DNA of 64,000 nucleotides from an uncultured Burkholderiaceae bacterium (GTDB lineage Bacteria > Pseudomonadota > Gammaproteobacteria > Burkholderiales > Burkholderiaceae_D): the NCBI GenBank assembly GCA_964242935.1, contig CAXTDA010000001.1, positions 1,350 through 65,349 of the forward strand, written 5' to 3'. Below the pieces are notes generated by a model. The model saw only the letters and a list, made by a program, of their open reading frames with translations, was not told the DNA's origin and did no database searches. Made by a program: the position numbers and the translations under genes. This document shows, one piece after another, positions 20,978 through 30,124 of this stretch. The stretch's first letter is position 1. Each line of letters starts with the position of its first letter.

Positions 20978-22360
20978 TCAAGCGGTCACGCCGCTTTTCG
21001 GCGATTCGATCACTTCGGGCCCGCCAAGCGTCGATCGGGACCGTGCGAGCAACACGAGGAAGCCTGCCGCCAGCACTGCCGGCACAGCCACCAAGACGAA
21101 AAACGCGCGTGGATTGCCCGCGGCGGCCATCAACGTACCTCCCACCGTCGATCCAACGATGGACCCCGCGCGGCCGGCACTGAGCGCCCAGCTGACCCCC
21201 GAAGCCCGCGCGACCGTCGGGTACATCTGTGCCGCCAGCAAGTTCAAGCCGTTCTGCGCCCCGGCGATTCCGAATCCAACCAGGAACACGGTGGCCATGA
21301 GCCAGCCGGGCTCCTGGATGACATAGCCGATGGCGCCGACCGCGAGCGCTGAAAGCAGGTAGACCGGCATCAGCACGCGAATGGCATCGGTGCGGTCCAT
21401 GAACAGCGCGAGGACGATGGCCCCGACCGTGCCGCCGAGCGGCACCATCGCGCCGACATGACCGGCATCGCTCATCGTCAATCCGCTGTCCTTCATGAAA
21501 GTGGGAAGCCAGCTGGTCAGCAGATAGAACACGAACAAGGATGCGAAGAACGTGCACCAGAGCAGGAGCGTGCGACCGAACATGCCGTGACTGAACAGCA
21601 GCGTGACCGGGATGCGGGGGGCCTTTCCGCCCGCGATGCCGTCGCCCTCGAGCGTCACACCTTCGGATACGCCGCGGCCGGTGATGCGACGCAAGATGCG
21701 CTGCAAGGCAACGCGGCCCTTCGCTTGCTGGGCCAGATACTGCACGGACTCGGGCATGAGCATCACGAGCACCGGTAGCAGCATCAGCGGTGCCACGCCG
21801 CCCGCGACGAGCACGCCGCGCCAGCCATGGACCGGAATGATGGCGCCCGCGACCAAGCCGCCAAGTGCGAGTCCGGTCGTGAAGCCACTCCAACTTAACG
21901 TCACCAAGAGCGTTCGATAACGTCGCGGCGAAAACTCGGCGCTCAATGTGATGCAGATCGGCATCGCGCCGCCCAGTCCGATGCCGGTGACGAAGCGAAG
22001 CGCGACCAGCATCGAGAACGTTTCAGATGTGGCCGTGGCAAGCGTCGCGAGCGCGAACAGCAAGGTCGATCCCAGCAGCACGGGCTTTCTTCCGAACCGG
22101 TCGGCAATCGGGCCCAAACAAAGGCTGCCGATCATGAGGCCGAACAAGCCGGCCCCGAACGCAGGTGCCAACTGAGGCGGCGCGAGATGCCATTCCTGTC
22201 GAAGCGAGGGTGCGATGTAGCCAATTGCGGCGGTGTCGAAACCGTCGAGCAGCACGACCGTGAAACACAGCAGCAGCACCATCACTTGGTACGGTGACAC
22301 GCGGGACTCGTCGATGACGTCGCGCACCAGGACACGGGAGGGCGAAGCTGGGATGGTCAT
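20978..22360 (-). CDS. Aromatic acid:H+ symporter (AAHS; PcaK/BenK/MhbT-like)
   Basis: LDGFDTAAIGYIAP, ADRFGRK, GIGLGGAMP, YPTVARASG; start re-called. Confidence 0.9.
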   Translation of the reverse strand: MTIPASPSRVLVRDVIDESRVSPYQVMVLLLCFTVVLLDGFDTAAIGYIAPSLRQEWHLAPPQLAPAFGAGLFGLMIGSLCLGPIADRFGRKPVLLGSTLLFALATLATATSETFSMLVALRFVTGIGLGGAMPICITLSAEFSPRRYRTLLVTLSWSGFTTGLALGGLVAGAIIPVHGWRGVLVAGGVAPLMLLPVLVMLMPESVQYLAQQAKGRVALQRILRRITGRGVSEGVTLEGDGIAGGKAPRIPVTLLFSHGMFGRTLLLWCTFFASLFVFYLLTSWLPTFMKDSGLTMSDAGHVGAMVPLGGTVGAIVLALFMDRTDAIRVLMPVYLLSALAVGAIGYVIQEPGWLMATVFLVGFGIAGAQNGLNLLAAQMYPTVARASGVSWALSAGRAGSIVGSTVGGTLMAAAGNPRAFFVLVAVPAVLAAGFLVLLARSRSTLGGPEVIESPKSGVTA

Positions 22361-22541
22361 GGTTTGTATCCGTCGACTGCTTTCTGATGACCGGACGAGG
22401 CCGGCGATCCGCGCGGTGTGGCGCGCTTTACCGTGCAGCGAGAAGGTCAAGCGCAACGTCGACGAGCGGCTCGTGCTGCCGGTGAAGGCAACTCTACAGA
22501 GCAGGTTGTCATCTGTGAAATAAAAATCTAGGATTCGTGAC

Positions 22542-22556
22542 ATCAAAACGGCGGAT
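22542..22556. promoter_or_regulatory. Putative LysR T-N11-A box
   Basis: ATC-N9-GAT dyad in the AT-rich divergent promoter just upstream of the LysR start. Confidence 0.4.
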
Positions 22557-22561
22557 ATCAA

Positions 22562-23536
22562 GTGATGCATGCACAAGGCCGACCGTTCAGCCGCCAGATC
22601 GATCTGAACCTGCTGGAACTTTTTGACGGCATCTTCAGGACCCGAAACCTGACCGCCACGGGCGCTTGGCTGGGCCTATCGCAGCCAGCCGTCAGCTATG
22701 GACTTTCGAAGCTGCGCGAGATGTATGGCGACGCGCTGTTCGTTCGAATGCAGCGGGGAGTGCAGCCGACGCCCTTCGCGGAACAATTGGCCGAGCCGAT
22801 CGCGGCGGCACTCGCCATCGTCCGCGGAACGATCGAGAAAGTCCTTTTCGATCCCGCGCGCGATGGCAAGGCTTTCAGGGTCGCCATGACCGATATTGGC
22901 GAACGCTATTTCATGCCGATACTCGCGAAATGGCTTGCGGTTCACGCGCCTCGGGTCACCGTGGAAACGGTGTCGCCCGGCTTGGCGGAGTTATCGGACG
23001 GCCTTGCGTCCGGCGACATCGATCTGGCGATCGGCTTCATACCGGGTCTCGGCAAGCAGGTCCACCAACACACTCTCTTCAGGGAGCATTTCGTCTACAT
23101 CATGCGCAAGGGCCATCCGGCAGCGAAGGACTCGCTGACCGCGGCGCGCATCCGATCGCTGCGTCACGTCGTCGCCAGCCCATTGGGGACGCAGCATCTG
23201 GTCGCTGTCGAAAAGGTCCTGGCCGGCGCTTCGGTTCGAGCCGACATCGCACTTCGCGTCCGGAGCTTTTTGAGCGTCGGGCCCATCCTGTCCGAAACCG
23301 ATCTGGTTGCGCTGGTTCCCAGCAACTTGGCCACACTCCTGACCCAGAGTCTGAATCTGCAGGTCTGCATCCCGCAACTGCGATTTCCCGCTTTCGACGT
23401 CTGTGCCTACTGGCACCGTCGATTTCACCAGGACCCGCCCTCATGCTGGCTGCGAGACACGTTCGCCGAGCTATTCGAAGCACCCAGGAGAGAGCGCTTG
23501 AAACCAACGACCAAACGAGCATTGGTTAAAAGCTAG
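22562..23536 (+). CDS. LysR regulator (NahR/DntR/MhbR-like)
   Basis: IDLNLL...LSQPAVS HTH, FRVAMTDIGERYFMP, YWHRRFHQDP. Confidence 0.93.
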   Translation: MMHAQGRPFSRQIDLNLLELFDGIFRTRNLTATGAWLGLSQPAVSYGLSKLREMYGDALFVRMQRGVQPTPFAEQLAEPIAAALAIVRGTIEKVLFDPARDGKAFRVAMTDIGERYFMPILAKWLAVHAPRVTVETVSPGLAELSDGLASGDIDLAIGFIPGLGKQVHQHTLFREHFVYIMRKGHPAAKDSLTAARIRSLRHVVASPLGTQHLVAVEKVLAGASVRADIALRVRSFLSVGPILSETDLVALVPSNLATLLTQSLNLQVCIPQLRFPAFDVCAYWHRRFHQDPPSCWLRDTFAELFEAPRRERLKPTTKRALVKS

Positions 23537-23613
23537 TGCGCATCAGTCTTCTGCGGCAACGGGCCGTCATCGTTTGAAGGAAAGCGCGGACCCGGAAAGG
23601 GCCGCCGCAAGCT

Positions 23614-24882
23614 TCATCGCGTCGTCAGCTCCTCGATCGCGACGGGCGTCGACGACGACACCACTGCCGCATCGCCGGTCATCGGGTAGCCGTACCTTCC
23701 CAGCCGTTGCATCAGCACGCAGCCGACGACCAGCCCGAGCGCCAGGACCACGAGTGCGGGCCGATAGGAGTGCAGCGACTGGAAGCCGGCACCCATCACG
23801 AACGGCCCGAGGCCCGACCCCAGCATGAACACGGCGAAGAGGTAACCGTAGATCTCGCCGAACGCCCGCATGCCGAGATAGCGCGATTGCAGGTAGGCGA
23901 TCAGGTCGACCTCCGCGCCCAGGCCCAGTCCGACCAGAACGGCGGCCGGCACACCGACCACCGGGTCCGACGTCGTCAACAGCAGGCCGATGCCGATCAA
24001 CGGGAGCGCGAAGAAGAACATCGCGACGGTCGGCGCGTGCAGGCGGTCGAGCATCCAGCCGGCGACCAGCCGACCGGCGATCAGCGCCAGACCCGCGCTG
24101 CCGATCGCACTCGCGGCCCGGATCGGCGACACGCCCCGATCGGTCAGCAACGGCACGATGTGCGCGACCACGCCGGACGCCGCCATCGCCACTGCGAAGA
24201 ACGCGACGGCCAGCTTCCAGAAGTCGCGGTGCCGGAAGGCCTCGGCCGCGGTCAGGCCGGGACGGTCGACGGGGCGGTCCCGGTCGCGGTCGATGCGACC
24301 CGATTCCGATCGCGTGACCATCCACAGCATGGCGGGCACCGCGACCAGCGCGACGGTCACGCCCAACCCCACGTAAGCCATGCGCCAGCCGAATCGTTGC
24401 AGCAGCAGCTGCGCCAGCATCGGCATCAACGCGGTGCCCGCGCCGACCCCGGCCATCGCGATTCCCAAGGCCAGCCCGCGCCGTGCGTCGAACACCGCGG
24501 TGATGGCCCGGCTGTACGGAAGCGGCGTCTGCCCCGCCGCCGCGATCCCCGCGATGCCGTAGAGCGCGATCAGCGTGACCGGCGACCGCGCGAACAGGCC
24601 GACGGCCGCCGTGGCGAGCGCGAAGACCAGGATCGCCGGGACGGCGATGGCGCGTGCGCCGCGCCGGTCGATGGCGCGACCGACCAGCGGCGTGAAGAGC
24701 CCGGTCATCACCAGGCCGACCAGCAGCGCCGCCGAGACGGTTCCGCGCTCGCTATGAAATTCCTCGCTCAGCGGCTTCAGGAAGATGCCGAACGTGAACT
24801 GCATGATCGGGCCGTTGCCGACGACCAGACCGAGGAAGGAGCCGGCGACGACCAGCCACGGACGAGGATCTCGTTTTTCCAT
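23614..24882 (-). CDS. MFS transporter (OFA-like)
   Basis: AGGAG RBS; GRAIDRRG, RRGLALGIA, GAEVDLIAYL; start re-called. Confidence 0.88.
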   Translation of the reverse strand: MEKRDPRPWLVVAGSFLGLVVGNGPIMQFTFGIFLKPLSEEFHSERGTVSAALLVGLVMTGLFTPLVGRAIDRRGARAIAVPAILVFALATAAVGLFARSPVTLIALYGIAGIAAAGQTPLPYSRAITAVFDARRGLALGIAMAGVGAGTALMPMLAQLLLQRFGWRMAYVGLGVTVALVAVPAMLWMVTRSESGRIDRDRDRPVDRPGLTAAEAFRHRDFWKLAVAFFAVAMAASGVVAHIVPLLTDRGVSPIRAASAIGSAGLALIAGRLVAGWMLDRLHAPTVAMFFFALPLIGIGLLLTTSDPVVGVPAAVLVGLGLGAEVDLIAYLQSRYLGMRAFGEIYGYLFAVFMLGSGLGPFVMGAGFQSLHSYRPALVVLALGLVVGCVLMQRLGRYGYPMTGDAAVVSSSTPVAIEELTTR

Positions 24883-24974
24883 CGTTGGTCTCCTGAGGCT
24901 CTTGTCGAGCTCTTCGTGTTGCCCGACTTCGGGTCCTGCGGATGCGCAGGCGCTTCGAATCAATCGCGCTTCTC

Positions 24975-25742
24975 TCAATCGAATACGGGGTCCTGCCTGG
25001 CAAGCCGGGCCGCCATGCCGGCATGCGCATCGCGCGACGAGAACAACATCTGGAACGCTCGACGTTCTAAGCGGAGACCGCTCTGCAGCGGGCCGTTCAT
25101 GCTCTCGATCACGGCCTCCTTGATCAGCGATTGAGCGAGCCGGGGACCGGCCGTCAATCGCCGTGCGAGGGCGAGCGAACGTTCCTCGACCTCTTCGTCC
25201 GCGACCACTTCGCCGACGAGTCCGAGCGCGCACGCCTCGCCGGCCGGGATCGAGTCGCCGGTCAACAGCAGCCGCATCGCGTGGAACTTGCCGATCGCCC
25301 GCGTGAGGCGCTGCGTCGCGCCGCCGCCCGGCATGAGGCCGATCTTCACTTCCGGCTGACCGAAGGTCGCGCTCGCTCCGGCGACGATCAGGTCGGCATG
25401 CATCGCGAGTTCGCAGCCGCCGCCGAGCGCATGGCCGCGAACGGCCGCGATGACCGGCTTGCTGCAGCCGGCGATCGCGTCCCACAGCCGGCCCATGTTG
25501 CGGGCGCTGATTTCCGGTGGGCCGCAATCGACGTACTCGTTCAGATCGGCGCCGGCGCAGAAGGCCCGCTCGCCGCCCGCGATGACGACGACGCGCGTGC
25601 GCTCGTCCGCTTCGGCCGCGTCGAAGGCATCGGCGAGCGCGCGCCGCAGCGCCAGGTTCAGCGCGTTCAGCACGGTCGGCCGATTGAGCCGAAGACGGAC
25701 GACGCCGTCCGCCGGCCTGTCGACGACGAGAATGTCGTTCAT
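24975..25742 (-). CDS. Enoyl-CoA hydratase
   Basis: AFCAGADL, ALGGGCEL, FGQPEVKIG (both catalytic Glu present). Confidence 0.9.
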   Translation of the reverse strand: MNDILVVDRPADGVVRLRLNRPTVLNALNLALRRALADAFDAAEADERTRVVVIAGGERAFCAGADLNEYVDCGPPEISARNMGRLWDAIAGCSKPVIAAVRGHALGGGCELAMHADLIVAGASATFGQPEVKIGLMPGGGATQRLTRAIGKFHAMRLLLTGDSIPAGEACALGLVGEVVADEEVEERSLALARRLTAGPRLAQSLIKEAVIESMNGPLQSGLRLERRAFQMLFSSRDAHAGMAARLARQDPVFD

Positions 25743-26584
25743 CGCCCCGGTTCCGGACCGGCCGCTGCGGCCGGGGCCGGCGGGTTCCTCGACCTGGCGA
25801 AGAACCGCTCGACCGCCGCGACGTGCTCCGGCGTGTGGTGGGCCAGCCCTTGCAATTGACCGGCGGCGACCAGCGCGTCGTCCAGCGAGCCGGTTCGTCC
25901 CTGCAGCAGCAGGCGCTTGGTCCAGCGGAGCGCCTGCGGCGGATTGGCCGCGATGCGTGAGGCCAGCGACAGCGCCTCCGTCAACAGGGCGTCCGGCGGC
26001 ACGACGCGCGACACGAGCCCGATCCGGAGCGCTTCCTGTGCGTCGATCGCGTCGCCCGTCAATGCCATCTCGGCGGCACGCGAGGCGCCGACGACACGCG
26101 GCAGGAGCCAGCAGCCCCCGTCGCCCGGCACGATGCCGACCTTGACGAAGCTCTCGGCGAAGACCGCCGTCGACGATGCGATGCGGATGTCGCAGAGGCA
26201 GGCGAGGTCGTTGCCCGCGCCGATCGCGGGGCCGTTGACGGCGGCGATGATCGGAACTTCGAGACGTTCGAAGGCCCTGGGAATCCGCTGGATGCCGTCA
26301 CGGTAGCGGCCGGTGATCTCCTCGGATGTCCCTTCGAACATGCCGGTGCGGTTCCGCATGTCCGCGACGTTGCCGCCCGACGAGAACGCGGTGCCGGCGC
26401 CGGTCAGCACCGCGGCGCGGATGTCGAGGTCGGCGTTCAGGCGCTCGAAGATCTCCTCGAAGGCAGCGAAGAGATCATCGCCGCCGAGCGCGTTGCGACT
26501 CGCGGGCCGGTCGAGCGTGAGCAGTGCGACATGCCCGTGTCGCTCGACGCGGATCGGTGAAGCGGCTGTCGTCGAATCGCGCAT
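25739..26584 (-). CDS. Crotonase family protein (PaaG-like isomerase type)
   Basis: AFSSGGNV, AIGAGNDL, AESFVKVGIVPGDGG; start overlaps upstream stop (TGATG). Confidence 0.88.
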   Translation of the reverse strand: MRDSTTAASPIRVERHGHVALLTLDRPASRNALGGDDLFAAFEEIFERLNADLDIRAAVLTGAGTAFSSGGNVADMRNRTGMFEGTSEEITGRYRDGIQRIPRAFERLEVPIIAAVNGPAIGAGNDLACLCDIRIASSTAVFAESFVKVGIVPGDGGCWLLPRVVGASRAAEMALTGDAIDAQEALRIGLVSRVVPPDALLTEALSLASRIAANPPQALRWTKRLLLQGRTGSLDDALVAAGQLQGLAHHTPEHVAAVERFFARSRNPPAPAAAAGPEPGR

Positions 26585-27426
26585 CAAAGGCCCAGCACGC
26601 GTTCGGCGTTGCCGTGCATGACCTTCTCCATCACCGCATCCGAATAGCCGAGTTCCGACCACTCGCGAAGGATCCGGTCGTACGGCAGGCTCGGGTAGTC
26701 GCTGCCGAACATGATCTTGTCCTGCAGGCGCCCACGGATGTCGACCTTCAGGTTGCCGGGGAAGTACTTCGGCGCCCAGCCCGACATCTCCCAGTACACG
26801 TTGCCCTTGTGCAGGGCGACGGCGGTGGTCTCGTCGACCCACGGCCATCCCGGATGGGCCATCAGGATCGTCAGCGTCGGGAAGTCCGCGGCGAGGTCGT
26901 CGATGTGCGACGGATGGGCGTGACGCACGCGCGCGCCGAGTCCGCCGGGCAACCCCGCACCCATGCCGGTCGTCCCGACGTCGATCATCACGGCCGCGCC
27001 GAGGCTCGCGATCTCCTCGAAGAGCGGGTAGTAGCGGCGATCGTTGACCGCGAAGTGCTGCATGATCGGGTGGAAGTGGAAGCCGATGAACCCGAGGTCG
27101 CGCACCGCGGTGCGGACCTGGCGGATCGCGATCTCGCCCTTGGCCGGCTCGACCGCGCCCCAGCACTGGATGATGCGTTCGGGGTGGCGCTTCCACATGC
27201 CGTGCACGTACTCGTTGGTGCACGGCGGCGTCGCGACCGTGGTCTCGAGATCGAGCGCGACGAGACAGGCGTCGACCCCCGCGGCTGTGAACTCCTCCAC
27301 GACCGCGTCTTCGCTCTTGGGTGCCCACGTCCGCTTCCAGTACGTCGCCAGGGCTTCGACGTACGGCCCCTGCGCGTCGATCCACGTCGACGTGCCCGGG
27401 TAGCAGTGCAGGTCAATGATGCGCAT
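26584..27426 (-). CDS. Amidohydrolase_2 family protein (CouO-like beta-ketoacyl-CoA hydrolase)
   Basis: IIDLHC, GFHFHP, MAHPGWPW, SGWAPKYFP, FGSDYP. Confidence 0.8.
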   Translation of the reverse strand: MRIIDLHCYPGTSTWIDAQGPYVEALATYWKRTWAPKSEDAVVEEFTAAGVDACLVALDLETTVATPPCTNEYVHGMWKRHPERIIQCWGAVEPAKGEIAIRQVRTAVRDLGFIGFHFHPIMQHFAVNDRRYYPLFEEIASLGAAVMIDVGTTGMGAGLPGGLGARVRHAHPSHIDDLAADFPTLTILMAHPGWPWVDETTAVALHKGNVYWEMSGWAPKYFPGNLKVDIRGRLQDKIMFGSDYPSLPYDRILREWSELGYSDAVMEKVMHGNAERVLGL

Positions 27427-29095
27427 GATGTGCCGGGCTCACGGGTGGGGTGCTCGCGCGCGGCTCTCCGGCGCGGGACACGAGTTCGACCAGCGCTTTC
27501 TTCGAGACCTTGCCGAACGTCGAGATCGGGAAGTCCGTCATTACCTCGAGTCGTTCGGGGAGCTTGAACTTCGCGATCTCGTGTCGCTGCAGGAACGACA
27601 CCAGATCGGAGAGCGACAGCGTCTCGCCGGGCCGGACAATGACGCAGGCGCACATCCGCTCGCCGAGCGACGGATCGGGAACCGGGACGCAGGCGACGTT
27701 GACGACCGCGGGGTGCATCAGGATCAGGTTCTCGATTTCCTCCGCGCTGATCTTCTCGCCACCGCGGTTGATGAGGTCCTTCCGTCGGCCTTCGACGATG
27801 TAGTTCCCCGACGGGTGCTTGCGCATCAGGTCACCGGACCGGTAGAACCCGCCGGGCGTGAACTGCACCGCGTTGTATTCGGGGACACCGTAGTAGCCGC
27901 GCAGCGTGTACGGCCCGCGACACGCCAGCTCGCCCACTTCGCCATCGGCGACCTCGACCCCGTCTTCGTCGAGCAGCATGACCTCGTCGTCGGGGGAGAC
28001 CGGCCTGCCGCAGGTCTCCAGCAGCACGACCTCCGGATCGCCCCTGCGGACGAACATCAACAGGCCCTCGCTCATGCCGAAGTTCTCCTGCACGAAAGCG
28101 TTCGAGAAGACCTCGCGCGTCCGCAGCCGGACTTCGGGCTGCATGCGCTGCCCGCCGCTCTGGATCTGCAGGACCGAGTCGAGCTTGGCCTCCTCGATCG
28201 CAGGATCGTTGACCAGCCGGATCAGCAGCGCCGGGACCACCTTGAGATGCGTGACGCGGTGCTGTTCGATCAGCCGGAAGATGTCCTTCGGGCTGGTGTT
28301 CGGATGAAGGACGACCGTCGCGCCGTGCAACATGAATCCTTGCAGGCCGGGACAGGCCAGCGGCAGGTTGTGCGCGATCGGCAGGACCAGCAGCAGCACC
28401 GAGTCGCCATCGACATCGGCGACCTCGGCCGCGACGCGCGAGTTGTACGCATAGTCGTTGCCGGTTCGCGGGATCAGCTTCGGAATGCCGGTCGTGCCGC
28501 CCGACAGCTGGAAGATGCAGGGGTCGGTCGGCTCGATGCGGATCGCGTCGAGCGCGCTCTTCGGGAGCGTCGCCGGCCGCTCAATCAACTCGTTCAGCGA
28601 ATGTTCTCCGGGACCGGCGTTGCCGAGCACGATGCAGAGTTCGACGCACGGGTTCTCGTGCCGTACGCGCTCGATGATCGGCGCGAAGCGGACATCGCCG
28701 ATGGTCTCCGGATAGACGCAAGCCCGGGCCTGCGACAGGCGCGCGAACTGGTTGATCTCGGCGAAGCGGTGCGAGACCAGTGCGGCGATGGGAATGCAGC
28801 CGAGCTTCTGGAGCGCGAAGTACAGGATGACGAATTCGGCGACGTTCGGAAGTGTCGGAATCACGCGGTCGAGCGGCTTCAGGCCGAGCGCCAGCAGGTT
28901 CAGCGCGAGGTTGTCGCTCAGCGCATCGATCTCCGCGTAGCTGTAGCGCCGGTCGCCGGCGATGACGGCGGTCCGCGTCGCGTAGCGCGCGAAGACGTCC
29001 GCGAATTCGTCGGCGAGCGAACGATCGCGCCAGTAACCGCGTTCGCGATAGCGCTTGGCGAACTCGGGGGGAAAGGGAACGAATCCTTCGAGCAT
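27413..29095 (-). CDS. Aryl-acid adenylation enzyme / CoA ligase (EntE/DhbE/salicylate-AMP ligase family)
   Basis: AAGGAG RBS; PFPPEFAKRYRERGYW, QLSGGTTGIPKLIPRT, AHNLPLACPG, GPYTLRGYY, INRGGEKISAEEIEN, FGKVSK. Confidence 0.9.
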   Translation of the reverse strand: MLEGFVPFPPEFAKRYRERGYWRDRSLADEFADVFARYATRTAVIAGDRRYSYAEIDALSDNLALNLLALGLKPLDRVIPTLPNVAEFVILYFALQKLGCIPIAALVSHRFAEINQFARLSQARACVYPETIGDVRFAPIIERVRHENPCVELCIVLGNAGPGEHSLNELIERPATLPKSALDAIRIEPTDPCIFQLSGGTTGIPKLIPRTGNDYAYNSRVAAEVADVDGDSVLLLVLPIAHNLPLACPGLQGFMLHGATVVLHPNTSPKDIFRLIEQHRVTHLKVVPALLIRLVNDPAIEEAKLDSVLQIQSGGQRMQPEVRLRTREVFSNAFVQENFGMSEGLLMFVRRGDPEVVLLETCGRPVSPDDEVMLLDEDGVEVADGEVGELACRGPYTLRGYYGVPEYNAVQFTPGGFYRSGDLMRKHPSGNYIVEGRRKDLINRGGEKISAEEIENLILMHPAVVNVACVPVPDPSLGERMCACVIVRPGETLSLSDLVSFLQRHEIAKFKLPERLEVMTDFPISTFGKVSKKALVELVSRAGEPRASTPPVSPAHHAHH

Positions 29096-29106
29096 GTCGG
29101 TCTCCT

Positions 29107-29868
29107 TCAGGTCGAACTGGTGAAACCGCCATCGATGACGACGATCTCGCCGGTCACGAAGCGATTGGCGGTCAACAGATTCAGCACCGTCTCCGCGACG
29201 TCGTCGGCCGTCACGCAACGGCGGAGCGGCGTCGACTTCGCCCGCTTGCCCATCAGGTCGTCGTACTTGTCGCCGAGCATCCGTTCCATCCAGTCGCCTT
29301 CCATCCAGCCGGGCGCGACCGCATTGACGCGGATATCGGGGCCGAGATTCCACGCGAGCGTCTTCGTCAGGTTGACGACCGCCGCCTTGCTCGCGGCGTA
29401 GGGCGGCGGCTGCGGACCGGGTCGAAGACCGACGATGCTGGCGGTGTTGACGACCGCGGGGGCGGTTCCCTTGCGGAGCAGTGCGACCGCCGCGCGCGTG
29501 ACCTGGAACGTGCCGCGCACGTTGACCGCGAACGTCCGGTCCCACTCGGTCATGTCGAGGCTCTCGAGGTCCTTGACCTTCCACGTCGACGTGGTGCCGG
29601 CGTTGTTGACGAGCGCATCCAGGTGGCCGAAGGCACCGTCGATCTCGGCCATCATCCGGCGAACCGCGGCGTCGTCGCTGACGTCGCACTGGAGCAGCAG
29701 CGTCTGTGCGCCCAGCGCCTGCGCTTCCGCGGCTGTGTCTTTGGCCGCTTCCGCACTCGACGCGTAGTTGAGCGCGACGTCGTAGCCGGCTGCCGCCAGC
29801 GCGAGTACCGTGCTTCGTCCGATACCGGTCGCAGCCCCGGTGACCAGGGCCGTTTTTCTTTCGCTCAC
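29107..29868 (-). CDS. SDR family oxidoreductase
   Basis: TGAATGIG, NNAG, YAASK; GTG start. Confidence 0.92.
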   Translation of the reverse strand: MSERKTALVTGAATGIGRSTVLALAAAGYDVALNYASSAEAAKDTAAEAQALGAQTLLLQCDVSDDAAVRRMMAEIDGAFGHLDALVNNAGTTSTWKVKDLESLDMTEWDRTFAVNVRGTFQVTRAAVALLRKGTAPAVVNTASIVGLRPGPQPPPYAASKAAVVNLTKTLAWNLGPDIRVNAVAPGWMEGDWMERMLGDKYDDLMGKRAKSTPLRRCVTADDVAETVLNLLTANRFVTGEIVVIDGGFTSST

Positions 29869-30124
29869 CTTCGTCTCTCTTTCCGGGCGAATCGCTTCCT
29901 TCGAGAGAAGGACGCGCGCCCATTCGTTCTTATTCGGACCGGTCGGTCCCGGTGACGCGATACGGCTGCGATTGCCTTTGCGGCTTCGACACCGTTCGCT
30001 TGTGAACCAAATGTAGGCGGGACCCGTGATGTGCGGAAGATGCCAATATCGCCGGCGTGATCTGATTAATGCATCGCAAGAGCCGGCAGCACGGCTCGTT
30101 CATCGTTCGTCAAGGAGTCTTCGA

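Noticed and set aside
27413-29923. Apparent extended ligase, or a siderophore biosynthesis cluster
   Set aside because: The extension is the SDR's shadow frame; no NRPS, carrier protein or isochorismate synthase is present.
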